Notes: generated by a model not told the origin, from the sequence alone. Shown: positions 1 through 9,293, counted from the stretch's first letter. The stretch is 57,850 nt of DNA from Oscillospiraceae bacterium (GCA_024699425.1 JAILPP010000135.1:1-57850); one strand, 5' to 3'. Numbers and translations are program-made.

Positions 1-2
1 CC

Positions 3-164
3 ATGCCGATCACGGAAGAACTGTATCATCTGCTGTTTGAAAACGGCGACGTGCGGGAGTCGATGCGCAAGCTCATGGGCAGACCTCGGAAACATGAGTG
101 CGAACGTTATACCACGCTGGAACAGCTCGATCTGCCCGAACGTGCGCCCGGAGATGAATACTGA
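3..164 (+). CDS. gpsA: NAD(P)H-dependent glycerol-3-phosphate dehydrogenase, C-terminal fragment (5' end outside window)
   Basis: Frame-3 translation MPITEELYHLLFENGDVRESMRKLMGRPRKHECE... resembles the conserved GpsA C-terminus. The TGA at 162-164 overlaps the next ATG. Confidence 0.65.
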   Translation: MPITEELYHLLFENGDVRESMRKLMGRPRKHECERYTTLEQLDLPERAPGDEY

Positions 165-739
165 TGGGCAGGCAGCACTGGAAAGGCTCTGTCCTGATGG
201 CACCTGTGCCGCCGGCGCTCGTCACCTGCGGCAGCAGTGAAAAACCAAATATTCTCACGGTCGCATGGACGGGGATCGTCTGCACACATCCGCCTGTCAC
301 TTATATTTCCGTGCGGCCGTCACGGTATTCCTATCCCATTCTGCTTGAACGGGGGGAATTTGTCATCAACCTGCCCACTTCCGCAATGGCGAAAACAGTC
401 GATCTCTGCGGCATGAAAACCGGCGCAGAGGTCAACAAGGCGAGAGTCTGCGGACTGACACTTATTCCCTCGGAGACGGTCGCTGCACCTTCCATTGAGG
501 AATGCCCCGTTTCCCTTGAATGCCGTGTCACGGAAACAAAGGCACTCGGTTCGCACACGATGTTTTTAGCGGAAGTCACGGCAGTCTCCGTTGATGAACG
601 CTTCATGGACAGCAAGGGCAAACTGAATCTGCAACAGGCGGGGCTGCTTGCCTACGCGCACGGAGAATACTTCGCTTTAGGTCGAAAATGCGGGGATTTT
701 GGCTTTTCCGTGCGGCGCAGGAAAAAACATTCTACATAA
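164..739 (+). CDS. Flavin reductase-like (FMN-binding split-barrel) domain protein
   Basis: 191-aa ORF. The motif PVPPALVTCGSSEKPNILTVAWTGIVCTHPPVTYISVRPSRYSY is typical of the flavin reductase family. ATGA overlap with gpsA. Confidence 0.75.
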   Translation: MGRQHWKGSVLMAPVPPALVTCGSSEKPNILTVAWTGIVCTHPPVTYISVRPSRYSYPILLERGEFVINLPTSAMAKTVDLCGMKTGAEVNKARVCGLTLIPSETVAAPSIEECPVSLECRVTETKALGSHTMFLAEVTAVSVDERFMDSKGKLNLQQAGLLAYAHGEYFALGRKCGDFGFSVRRRKKHST

Positions 740-752
740 CGGAGGACTGCCT

Positions 753-1367
753 ATGCTTGGAAAAACGCATATTGCGGCAGGCGTTACGGCTGCGCTTCTT
801 CTGCTGCATCCGACAACGGTGCTTGGAATCGGGGCGGCTGTCGCAGGCGGGGCGCTCGGTGGGGCGGTCTGCGATATTGACTGCAAAGGTACAAAACGCA
901 GCCGTGATGCCATCAAGGGCGGTGTGATCGCTGCGGTCTGTATTGCAGTGGTCATTGCGGTCGATCTGTATCTCGGAAACGGATTGATTAACGCCATACG
1001 GAACACGGTCGGGACACAGCTTCTCTGCGGGTGCATCGGGTTTATTGCCTGCTGTTTCTGGGGGGCGCTTTCACCGCACAGGACATTCACCCATTCGGCG
1101 GTGGGATTGTTCCTGATGAGTCTGTGCGTGTGGCTTGTCTGCCGTCCTCTGGGGGTGGCAGTCTTTGCAGGAATGATTTCGCATATCCTGCTCGATCTGC
1201 TCAACCGTCGGCGTATTGCTTTGCTGTATCCGCTGCGAAAACCTGCATTTTGTCTGCGCCTGTGCGATTCGGACGGCGTGGTCAATCGTGTCCTTGCGTG
1301 GGGATTTACAGCGGTCAGTGTCATACTGCTGTTGTATTTCGGCTCGAAAGTGCTTACGGGCAGATAG
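753..1367 (+). CDS. Membrane-bound metal-dependent hydrolase, YdjM/DUF457-like
   Basis: Multi-TM protein beginning MLGKTHIAAG with an HRTFTHS...SHILLDLL His-rich pattern. GGAGG lies 7 nt upstream of the ATG at 753. The track ORF begins earlier, at 699. Confidence 0.6.
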   Translation: MLGKTHIAAGVTAALLLLHPTTVLGIGAAVAGGALGGAVCDIDCKGTKRSRDAIKGGVIAAVCIAVVIAVDLYLGNGLINAIRNTVGTQLLCGCIGFIACCFWGALSPHRTFTHSAVGLFLMSLCVWLVCRPLGVAVFAGMISHILLDLLNRRRIALLYPLRKPAFCLRLCDSDGVVNRVLAWGFTAVSVILLLYFGSKVLTGR

Positions 1368-1420
1368 ATTCCCGCACGGAGAGAAATTTTCATGCACGGA
1401 GAAAAAATTCCGTTTTCCCC

Positions 1421-1449
1421 TTGCATTTTCCGACAGGATATGGTATAAT
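1421..1449 (+). promoter_or_regulatory. Sigma-A type promoter for the SCIFF operon
   Basis: TTGCAT (1421-1426), 17-nt spacer, extended -10 TGgTATAAT (TATAAT at 1444-1449). Confidence 0.55.
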
Positions 1450-1494
1450 GAGAAAAGGAGCTTTGCTCGACATTTCAAAGGGAGGTAGATACAC

Positions 1495-1641
1495 ATGAAG
1501 CACATTATGACCATCAACAAGGCTAATCTCAAGGAGAGCGCTGCGAAGGGCGGCTGTGGCAACTGTCAGGCATCCTGCCAGTCTGCCTGCAAGACTTCCT
1601 GCACGGTTGCGAACCAGAAGTGCGAGAAGGACGAAAAGTAA
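1495..1641 (+). CDS. Six-cysteine peptide SCIFF (ranthipeptide/RiPP precursor), 48 aa
   Basis: Not in the ORF track because it is under 60 aa. Translation is MKHIMTINKANLKESAAKGGCGNCQASCQSACKTSCTVANQKCEKDEK. It has the GGCG.CQ.SCQSACKTSCTV core with six Cys that defines the SCIFF family. GGAGG lies 9 nt upstream, and the cognate maturase is immediately downstream. Confidence 0.93.
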   Translation: MKHIMTINKANLKESAAKGGCGNCQASCQSACKTSCTVANQKCEKDEK

Positions 1642-1696
1642 ACCGTATTTTCTCCGGTGACTTTTCGGAAGCGGTGCTGCCGTTTCCTGTCCGCAA

Positions 1697-1726
1697 TGCC
1701 CCCAATGCCTTACGGCAAAGGGGGCA
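1697..1726 (+). promoter_or_regulatory. Intercistronic stem-loop between precursor and maturase (possible partial terminator or stabiliser)
   Basis: TGCCCCCAATGCC-TTAC-GGCAAAGGGGGCA forms 7 + 4 bp with a 2-nt internal mismatch. It is followed by the T-rich stretch tgtgttactgtgttttct. Confidence 0.4.
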
Positions 1727-1789
1727 ATGCTGTGTTACTGTGTTTTCTGCCGCATAACGGCTGAAATTCCCGATATAAAGGAGATTACC

Positions 1790-3169
1790 ATGATTCATAA
1801 ATATTACCTCGGCGGTCTGTACATCGTTTTGGATGTCAACAGCGGCGGCGTTCATATTGTGGACGAGATGACCTATGATCTGCTCGATCACGTTGCACCG
1901 CCCTTTGCGGAGGAATGTCCGCAGGACGTGCTGGAGAAGCTCTCTGACAAATATGATCCGCAGGAGATCGCAGAATGCTATGCGGAGATCGTTTCCCTCT
2001 ATGAGGAGCGTATCCTCTTTTCTCCCGATGATTACGAGAAGTATGCCAGATTTACCACGGCTTCACCGATCAAAGCAATGTGCCTGCATATTGCCCATGA
2101 CTGCAATCTGCGCTGCAAGTACTGCTTTGCCTCTACAGGCGATTTTGGCAAGGGACGCAAGCTGATGCCCGTGGAGACAGGTAAGAAAGCAATTGATTTC
2201 CTGCTTGAAAAGTCCGGCGACCGCAAGAATCTCGAACTGGATTTCTTCGGCGGCGAACCGCTGATGAATTTTGATGCCGTCAAGGAGATCGTCCGCTATG
2301 CCCGCAGCCGTGAGGCGGAATTCGGCAAGCGCTTCCGCTTTACGATCACAACAAACGGCGTTCTGCTCGATGATGACAAGATCGACTTCATCAATCAGGA
2401 AATGTCCAATGTCGTGCTGTCTCTGGACGGACGGAGAGAAGTTCATGACCGTATGCGCCCCGCTGTCAACGGCAAGGGAAGTTATGACGTGATCCTGCCG
2501 AAGTTCAGAAAACTTGTGCAGCAGCGCAGCCGTGACAAGGACTGGTATGTGCGGGGAACGTTCACAAAGTTCAATCTGGATTTCTCCGAGGACGTGTTCA
2601 GCCTGCATGATGCGGGGTTTGACCAGATCTCCGTGGAACCTGTCGTTGCCGATCCCAAGTATCCCTATGCTCTCACGGAAGAGGATATTCCCGCAATTTC
2701 TGCGGAATATGAGAAACTGGCACAGCGCCTGCTCGAAAATGACCGCAAGGGTCAGCATTTCAATTTCTTTCATTTCATGATCGACCTCGATCAGGGTCCC
2801 TGCGCTGTCAAGCGTCTGCGGGGCTGCGGCTGCGGCAATGAATATGTCGCTGTCACACCGGACGGGGATATTTTTCCGTGTCATCAGTTCGTCGGCAATG
2901 ACGATTACAAGATGGGCAACCTTGATGACGGAACGTTTGACACCGAAATGAAGGAACGCTTCGCACAGACCCATATTTACAATAAGCCCGCCTGTCGGGA
3001 GTGCTGGGCGAGATTCTATTGCTCAGGCGGCTGCAATGCCAATAACTACCAGTACATGGGCGACGTACTGAAAGCGCACACCCTCTCCTGCGAGTTTGAA
3101 AAGAAACGTGTGGAATGTGCGATCATGCTTCAGGCAATGCGCTCCCTCGATCAGGGCGATGCAGAGTAA
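1790..3169 (+). CDS. SCIFF radical SAM/SPASM maturase (thioether-forming)
   Basis: 459 aa from MIHKYYLGG. It has the CNLRCKYC radical-SAM cluster motif and a C-terminal Cys-rich SPASM region (CGCGNEY...CRECWARFYCSGGCNANN). It is adjacent to the SCIFF precursor. AGGAG RBS is present. Confidence 0.92.
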   Translation: MIHKYYLGGLYIVLDVNSGGVHIVDEMTYDLLDHVAPPFAEECPQDVLEKLSDKYDPQEIAECYAEIVSLYEERILFSPDDYEKYARFTTASPIKAMCLHIAHDCNLRCKYCFASTGDFGKGRKLMPVETGKKAIDFLLEKSGDRKNLELDFFGGEPLMNFDAVKEIVRYARSREAEFGKRFRFTITTNGVLLDDDKIDFINQEMSNVVLSLDGRREVHDRMRPAVNGKGSYDVILPKFRKLVQQRSRDKDWYVRGTFTKFNLDFSEDVFSLHDAGFDQISVEPVVADPKYPYALTEEDIPAISAEYEKLAQRLLENDRKGQHFNFFHFMIDLDQGPCAVKRLRGCGCGNEYVAVTPDGDIFPCHQFVGNDDYKMGNLDDGTFDTEMKERFAQTHIYNKPACRECWARFYCSGGCNANNYQYMGDVLKAHTLSCEFEKKRVECAIMLQAMRSLDQGDAE

Positions 3170-3176
3170 ATGACAA

Positions 3177-3210
3177 AAAGGGAAAACGCTGAATCAGGCG
3201 TTTTCCCTTT
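3177..3210. terminator. Bidirectional rho-independent terminator between convergent genes
   Basis: AAAGGGAAAACGC-tgaatcag-GCGTTTTCCCTTT is a 13-bp stem. It is flanked by A-run/T-run sequence on both sides. Confidence 0.7.
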
Positions 3211-3213
3211 GTT

Positions 3214-4356
3214 TTATTTTGCGGGGAGTGCGGGAATGATACCGATGACATGTTTCAGAAGTACCAGACTGTCGTCAGAGGTGATATCCTCGTCGGCGTT
3301 GACATCGGCATTCTTCTGCGCATCGGGGCTGAACGTATTCGCTCCGACAAGATACTTGTTCAGTGCGATCACGTCAATAATGTCAATCGTATCGTCTAAG
3401 TTCACATCGCCGCATTTCAGGGTTTTTGACGATGTTGCGGACGTGGTGTCCTGCGTAGGCGGTGCAGTTGTGTCCTGTGCGGCTGCGGGTGTGATCTCCG
3501 CTAAACTCGGATGCACGTCACCCCACCAGTCCCACACATTTCCCTGACGGTACGGTTCTACACGTTCGTCATTTGTCCATGTGAATACATTATCATACAA
3601 GTGCCCTTCCTCATAATACCAGCGGGCAAGGGAAATGATCTCATCGGGGTAGTTCTTGTAGTAGCCGTCATCTTCCCCCGTGAAATTAGACCAGCCTGTG
3701 TTGAAGCCCTTGAGTGCGCCCCGTGTCACCTGATAGCCTTCGAGTCCGTCTGTGGTCATTGCCACGACACAGAAATGCATGATCTTCCGTACACCCATAT
3801 GATCGGATATGATGCCGTCATAAAATGTATTTTCGGCAAGGGAGTACTGGAACATTTCGGGCACGTCCTCTTCTTTCATAAAGGTCGGGTCGGCATCGGC
3901 AAAGGCGGTCACGGCAGTCTGCAATGTGCCGTAGGCATGGGCGGAACTTACGCCGAATCCCTGACTCTGCGCTGTTTCGATGTCTGCACCGTCACCGTTG
4001 CCGCCGAGGGTGCTTTCTCTCGTACCGACACCAAGGAACAGGGCATAGACCTTTTCACGCTCCGTCTGTCCCGTGCGGGTGGAGATCAGATCCCAGTGTT
4101 CGTCAATTTCCTTGTAGAGTGCATACTTGACTTCCTGCACGGTCATTTTGTGATTGATCGCGCGGATCTCTTCGGTGGAGGCGTTCTCCGGCGTGTTGCG
4201 TTCACCGTAATTGAACGGGTTGCCGACACCCTCTGTCTGCACGTCACGGGAAGGGTCGTGGGCGATCTCGTCCGAGGCATGGACGGGGAACGTACTCAGC
4301 AGAAGAAGTCCTGCTGTGAACAGGGAAATCATTCTGCCAAAACGGGAATGCTTCAT
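3214..4356 (-). CDS. Secreted dockerin-containing protein with an uncharacterised N-terminal domain
   Basis: Signal peptide MKHSRFGRMISLFTAGLLLLSTFPVHA. The C-terminus has two dockerin repeats (GDVNLDDTIDIIDVIALNKYL ... ADVNADEDITSDDSLVLLKHV) after a T/P/A linker. Confidence 0.7.
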   Translation of the reverse strand: MKHSRFGRMISLFTAGLLLLSTFPVHASDEIAHDPSRDVQTEGVGNPFNYGERNTPENASTEEIRAINHKMTVQEVKYALYKEIDEHWDLISTRTGQTEREKVYALFLGVGTRESTLGGNGDGADIETAQSQGFGVSSAHAYGTLQTAVTAFADADPTFMKEEDVPEMFQYSLAENTFYDGIISDHMGVRKIMHFCVVAMTTDGLEGYQVTRGALKGFNTGWSNFTGEDDGYYKNYPDEIISLARWYYEEGHLYDNVFTWTNDERVEPYRQGNVWDWWGDVHPSLAEITPAAAQDTTAPPTQDTTSATSSKTLKCGDVNLDDTIDIIDVIALNKYLVGANTFSPDAQKNADVNADEDITSDDSLVLLKHVIGIIPALPAK

Positions 4357-4368
4357 ACAATCATCTCC

Positions 4369-4962
4369 TTACGGGTGTTTCAGGTGTATTTTCGGACGGG
4401 CGATCAGCGATTCAAACTGGCGGAGCTGACGGGATAATGCCGCTACGGGCAGTCCCACCACGTTGAAATAATCGCCCTCGATCTCGCGGACGAGAAGAGA
4501 ACCTTTTCCCTGTATGCCGTATGCACCCGCCTTGTCGAACGGTTCGCCCGTGTCAAGGTAGGCTTCAATTTCGGCATCGCTCAGGGGATAGAACGTGACA
4601 AGCGTTTCGGTTGTGAATACCGTGGTCTGCTTGCCGTGGTACAGCGAACAGCCCGTCAGAACGGAATGCGATTCACCCGACAGCGCCCGCAGCATACGGT
4701 GCGCATCGTCACGGTCTTTCGGCTTTCCCATGATCTCATCGTTCAGAATGACGATCGTGTCACAGCCAAGAACGGTGTCATCGGGAAAGAGTTTTGCGGC
4801 GGCGGCGGCTTTCAGGTCAGCAAGATAGGCGGCAGCCATATCAGTCGGTATTCCGTCCGGGAGAGTTTCGTCTGCATCCACCGGACTGACCGTGAAATCT
4901 TCTGTGATACGTTTCAGAAGTTCCTGCCGTCTTGGGGAACCGGAAGCTAAAATAAGACTCAT
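4369..4962 (-). CDS. maf: Maf-like nucleoside triphosphate pyrophosphatase / septum formation protein
   Basis: MSLILASGSPRRQELL... together with the AGAYGIQG motif. Confidence 0.85.
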   Translation of the reverse strand: MSLILASGSPRRQELLKRITEDFTVSPVDADETLPDGIPTDMAAAYLADLKAAAAAKLFPDDTVLGCDTIVILNDEIMGKPKDRDDAHRMLRALSGESHSVLTGCSLYHGKQTTVFTTETLVTFYPLSDAEIEAYLDTGEPFDKAGAYGIQGKGSLLVREIEGDYFNVVGLPVAALSRQLRQFESLIARPKIHLKHP

Positions 4963-5195
4963 TTCAGCAGCTCCTTCGGGTCATAGTCGGGGGTGAGAAG
5001 CAGATTTTCATTCTCGGCAACTTCCATGCGGTACTGTTCCTGCCATTCCTGCGGCGTGAAATCTTCCACGGATACGGAAATGTGTGTCGGGTTGCAGCCG
5101 ATTGCTTCGACAAGGGCGGCTGCCAGTTTTTCAGCGGCTGCCTGTTTCTGCTCAGGCGTTCTGCCTTTGAGCATTTTTAATGTGATGTGCGGCAT
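4959..5195 (-). CDS. 4-oxalocrotonate tautomerase family protein
   Basis: Starts MPHITLKMLKGRTPEQKQ (catalytic Pro1 signature), 78 aa. ATGA overlap with maf. The track ORF extends upstream to 5249. Confidence 0.7.
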   Translation of the reverse strand: MPHITLKMLKGRTPEQKQAAAEKLAAALVEAIGCNPTHISVSVEDFTPQEWQEQYRMEVAENENLLLTPDYDPKELLK

Positions 5196-5232
5196 AGAGA
5201 TCTTCCTTTCGTATGTTTTTGGGGATATTTTC

Positions 5233-5898
5233 CTAAGATTTAGGTTCATGCGTGCCGAATTTGCGTTCGGTACCTGTTTTCAGGCGCTGTATGTTCTCAT
5301 GGTGGCTGATGATGACAGCAGCACCGATGAAACAGACCAGACCTGCGTGAATCAGAATGTCCGAGAGCTGCCATTTTCCGCCGTCACACCACATCTGCAA
5401 TGCAAATGTCACGATCGGCGCACAGGCGGCGGCTGTGATGGACGAGAGGCTTACATATCTGGAAATTGCCAGAACAACGGCAAAAATACCAATCAGAATC
5501 AGAAACATTCTCCAGTCCAGCGCAAGGAAAATGCTCGACCCGACCAGTACGCCCTTGCCGCCCTTGAAACCGTGGTACAGCGGGAATACATGACCCAGAA
5601 CTGCACCGATGCCCGCAAAACAGCCGATCATGAACAGATCTGCCGTGCTGCCTGTGAGTGCGGCGGCAAGAAGTCGGCTCAGAATGACCGCAATAACACC
5701 TTTGGACAGATCACCGACCAGTGTCAGAAGCGCACAGGTCTTGCCGAAACAGCGAAGTGTGTTCGTCAGTCCCGCATTGCCCGAACCGAATTTCCGCACG
5801 TCCTCGTGTTTGAGAAGCTGCACGAACAGAATTGCGGAATTGATACTGCCGAACAGATAGCCGATCACGGCGGCAATGAGAATCGCAAGAAAGATCAT
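5233..5898 (-). CDS. plsY: Glycerol-3-phosphate acyltransferase PlsY
   Basis: Polytopic membrane protein with FGSGNAGLTNTLR and FKGGKGV motifs. It lies downstream of der, as in many Firmicutes. Confidence 0.9.
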   Translation of the reverse strand: MIFLAILIAAVIGYLFGSINSAILFVQLLKHEDVRKFGSGNAGLTNTLRCFGKTCALLTLVGDLSKGVIAVILSRLLAAALTGSTADLFMIGCFAGIGAVLGHVFPLYHGFKGGKGVLVGSSIFLALDWRMFLILIGIFAVVLAISRYVSLSSITAAACAPIVTFALQMWCDGGKWQLSDILIHAGLVCFIGAAVIISHHENIQRLKTGTERKFGTHEPKS

Positions 5899-5910
5899 GT
5901 CACTGCCCCC

Positions 5911-7242
5911 TTATGCATCCTTTCGGTCACGTTCACGCACGATCATGCGCACGGGCGTTCCCGACAGCCCGAAGGTTTCACGGATCTGATTTTCCAGATA
6001 GCGCTGGTAGGAAAAATGGAACAAGTCCGCACGGTTGACAAAGCAGACAAATGTGGGCGGCTTGGTCGATGCCTGTGTCATGTAGTAGATTTTCAGACGC
6101 TTGCCCTTGTCCGACGGCGGCTGCACTCTTGCAACAGCATAGGCAAGCACATCGTTAAGCATTCCCGTGGTGATGCGCATCGCATTTTGTTCGGCGACGT
6201 TCTTAATCATACCGAACAGCTTGTCAACACGCTGTCCTGTCTTGGCAGAGATGAAAATGAACGGCACATAGCTCATGAACGAGAAATCCTGTTCCAGTTT
6301 TTTCTGATATTCCTGCATGGTCTTGTCGGTTTTGTTCTCGACGGCATCCCATTTGTTCACGGCGACGATGCAGCCCTTGCCCTGTTCGTGGGCGTAGCCT
6401 GCAACTTTGGAATCCTGCTCGGTGAAGCCCTCTACGGCATCAATCATGATAACGCAGACATCGGCTCTGTCCACCGCCATGTAGGCACGCAGAACGGAAT
6501 AATGTTCGATCTTTTCCGTGATTTTCGACTTGCGGCGGATACCTGCCGTGTCGATAAAGACAAAACGTCCTTCTTCACGGTCGATGATCGTATCGGTTGC
6601 GTCACGGGTCGTTCCCGCAATATCGGAGACAATGACACGTTCCTCGCCCGCAATGCGGTTGATGAGAGAGGATTTTCCCGCATTCGGTTTTCCGATGACG
6701 GCAACCTTGATGTCGGTTTCGTCGTAATCGTCAATATCCTCTTCCGGGAAGAGTTTGACAACTTCGTCCAGCATATCGCCTGTGCCGTGACCGTGGACGG
6801 AAGAGATCGGGAACGGGTCGCCCAGTCCCAGATTGTAAAATTCATACACGTCAAGCGGTGTTTCTCCGAGCGTGTCACATTTGTTGACGGCAAGAATGAT
6901 CGGCTTGCCCGACTTCTGGAGCATATCGGCAACCGCATAGTCATTGGCTGTGACTCCCGCACGGACATCACAGACCAGAACGATCACATCTGCGTGGGAG
7001 ATGGCAATTTCTGCCTGCCGGCGCATCAGCGTCAGCATTTTGTCGTCCTCCTTCGGTTCGATGCCTCCTGTGTCTACGACCATGAATTTATGCCCCCGCC
7101 ACTCGCATCTGGAATAAATGCGGTCACGGGTCACGCCGGGCGTATCCTCCACAATGGAAATTCTCGCGCCGACGAGCTTATTGAACAGCGTGGACTTTCC
7201 GACATTCGGTCTGCCCACAACTGCGACTACTGGTAACGGCAT
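5911..7242 (-). CDS. der: Ribosome-associated GTPase Der/EngA
   Basis: Two tandem GTPase domains (GRPNVGKSTLFN and GKPNAGKSSLIN) plus a KH-like C-terminus. Confidence 0.95.
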   Translation of the reverse strand: MPLPVVAVVGRPNVGKSTLFNKLVGARISIVEDTPGVTRDRIYSRCEWRGHKFMVVDTGGIEPKEDDKMLTLMRRQAEIAISHADVIVLVCDVRAGVTANDYAVADMLQKSGKPIILAVNKCDTLGETPLDVYEFYNLGLGDPFPISSVHGHGTGDMLDEVVKLFPEEDIDDYDETDIKVAVIGKPNAGKSSLINRIAGEERVIVSDIAGTTRDATDTIIDREEGRFVFIDTAGIRRKSKITEKIEHYSVLRAYMAVDRADVCVIMIDAVEGFTEQDSKVAGYAHEQGKGCIVAVNKWDAVENKTDKTMQEYQKKLEQDFSFMSYVPFIFISAKTGQRVDKLFGMIKNVAEQNAMRITTGMLNDVLAYAVARVQPPSDKGKRLKIYYMTQASTKPPTFVCFVNRADLFHFSYQRYLENQIRETFGLSGTPVRMIVRERDRKDA

Positions 7243-7281
7243 GGTTTGTCTCCTTTCTGTTTGTAATGCGGCAATCCGGAA

Positions 7282-8460
7282 TCAGATCTTCGGGACGGGC
7301 TGCGGACGGTGGTCGTCCAGTACGGCTTCAGGGTGACGCATCAGGTCTTTCATCTTTTCCGGATAATAGTACAGGCGGAAACCGTCAAGGTTGCGGCGTG
7401 CCTGTCGGACGTATCGGGTATTCAACTGCACCCATGCATCCTGTGTGTTGTCTACGTTCAGGAAATAACGGAATCCGTGATTGTACAAAAGCCTGAATTT
7501 TTCGGTGTCCTCATACGCATCGTGGTAAATATTCGATGTGATGTCCGCACCGTAGGGATAGATCAGAATGTCACTCCCACCGACAACACTGCCGATACGT
7601 TCTTCCCAGCGGTTGGTGTCGTATTCGATCGTGCTGTAACTGCTCTTCGTGAAATTGATATGCCCGTAAGAGTGAGAGGCGATCTCGTAACCGCTGTTCC
7701 GCAGGGCATCGGCAACGGCTGAGGCTTCTTTGCATTCCTTCTCAAAGTCAGGGGAATCGGGGTTGTCTACCGCACGGTAGCCGAATACGCCTTCGTATCC
7801 TGTGACGGCTATGACAGCCTTTGCCCCGTTATAGGAAAAATCAGGGTGCGCTTCGACAAATTCATCCAGAATCGGCACAAGATCATATGCGCCTGTCATG
7901 GTCTTGCCCTTGTCGGTGTATTCGCAGACGACTTTTCCGTTTCTGACCACAAGACGGGTCGCAAATCCGTCTCCCGTCATGTAGTTGTAGTAATTCACAT
8001 CGTCCTGTGAGATGATAACAGGTTTCTTTCCTTCGGGAAGGTAAATATCCCCCGGTACAAAGCCGTCCTCTGTTTCCGTGGCAATGTCGTGCTGGCGCAC
8101 CAGAACATAATCATTTTCGTAAAGCTGATCTAAGATCGTCCTGAACTCCTGCACGGTCGTCATGTAAATATTATACCCGTCATCTTCGCCGTCATTGTCA
8201 AACGCAAGGTCGGGGTCATAGATCAGCGAATGAAAGAAGATATGCGGCGTTTCTGCGGGATCTTCAACTCGTACAAGAACGGGTTCGGTTGTCGGTTCTT
8301 CGGTAATCGGCGGCGGTTCGGTCGCGGGCGGTTCTGTGGGTGGGTCTGTCAGCACGGCAAATGTCTCCTCTTCTGCGGTCGGAAGTTCTGTCTGCATTCC
8401 GCAGCCGCTGCTTCCGAGCAGAAGCACGGTCAACAACAGCGGCAAAAGATGTCGTTTCAT
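7282..8460 (-). CDS. Polysaccharide deacetylase-family lipoprotein
   Basis: Lipobox LLLGSSGC, then a P/T/E-rich linker, then an ...ASHSYGHINF... deacetylase-like His motif. Confidence 0.55.
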   Translation of the reverse strand: MKRHLLPLLLTVLLLGSSGCGMQTELPTAEEETFAVLTDPPTEPPATEPPPITEEPTTEPVLVRVEDPAETPHIFFHSLIYDPDLAFDNDGEDDGYNIYMTTVQEFRTILDQLYENDYVLVRQHDIATETEDGFVPGDIYLPEGKKPVIISQDDVNYYNYMTGDGFATRLVVRNGKVVCEYTDKGKTMTGAYDLVPILDEFVEAHPDFSYNGAKAVIAVTGYEGVFGYRAVDNPDSPDFEKECKEASAVADALRNSGYEIASHSYGHINFTKSSYSTIEYDTNRWEERIGSVVGGSDILIYPYGADITSNIYHDAYEDTEKFRLLYNHGFRYFLNVDNTQDAWVQLNTRYVRQARRNLDGFRLYYYPEKMKDLMRHPEAVLDDHRPQPVPKI

Positions 8461-9284
8461 TCAGGATTCCCCCATTCGTTGCTTTTTCGTCCGTAGTGTT
8501 CATATATCCGCCATGTCAGGTATACCACACCAATGTCATACAGAAGCTGTAAAATGGTCGTTTCCGCTTCACTGATGCAGTGCATAAAGTAAAATGCGGG
8601 AAATATATCTGTCAGCGTGTGCAGAATCACAGCAGCGACAAGCCATTTTTTGCTGTCTGTGTAATGCACGGACGTGAATACCAGCACCGACATACTGCAC
8701 TGAAAAAGAGCTGCGGCAACGTTGCTTGATGTGACAAACAGGCTGTGCGGAAATGTGATGCCGGAAATCGTCCGCATGATCTCCGGTATCCCTTCACTGT
8801 CCTGTCCGTCCATCAGGAAGAAGGCGGGCTTGCCGGGTGCAAAGCCTTCCAATCCGTAAAGACGGAAGGAAAGGGCGCACAGAATAGCAAACAGATTTTC
8901 CGCAGGATGACTGACAAGCACCGCTTCCAGTCCGCCGTGTCCGATGCCGCAGGACACGGCATCACGGTAATTCTGTCGGTTCGGAATCAGATAGCGGAAT
9001 ACCAGATAACGCCCGCATTCCTCGAATACGCCCGCAAAGACCGCCTGCCAGAGGTAGTACCCCCACGGCGATGTCTCTTTCATGGGGTTGAGCAGGATTG
9101 CCCGTGCCGCACCCCGCACCGTGCCGATCACCAGATAGCCGAGTACGCCCGCAAGCATCGGGATCCATGCAGCGTGTGTTTTCCTGCGCCAGATGATCCA
9201 GAGCGCAAACGGCAGAAATGTGCTGCTGATGCCGCTGACGATCATGCCGATGATCTGCAATGTGCTGATCTGTATTTCATCCAT
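8457..9284 (-). CDS. YhfC-family intramembrane metalloprotease (DUF2324/CPBP-like)
   Basis: Multi-TM protein with GVFEECGRYLVFRYL and GIGHGGLEAV motifs. Confidence 0.6.
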   Translation of the reverse strand: MDEIQISTLQIIGMIVSGISSTFLPFALWIIWRRKTHAAWIPMLAGVLGYLVIGTVRGAARAILLNPMKETSPWGYYLWQAVFAGVFEECGRYLVFRYLIPNRQNYRDAVSCGIGHGGLEAVLVSHPAENLFAILCALSFRLYGLEGFAPGKPAFFLMDGQDSEGIPEIMRTISGITFPHSLFVTSSNVAAALFQCSMSVLVFTSVHYTDSKKWLVAAVILHTLTDIFPAFYFMHCISEAETTILQLLYDIGVVYLTWRIYEHYGRKSNEWGNPE

Positions 9285-9293
9285 GCACTGCCC

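Noticed and set aside
4993-7236. 747-aa ORF spanning the antisense of the tautomerase, plsY and der genes.
   Set aside because: It crosses three independent, well-supported genes on the other strand and has no motif content. It is a shadow ORF.
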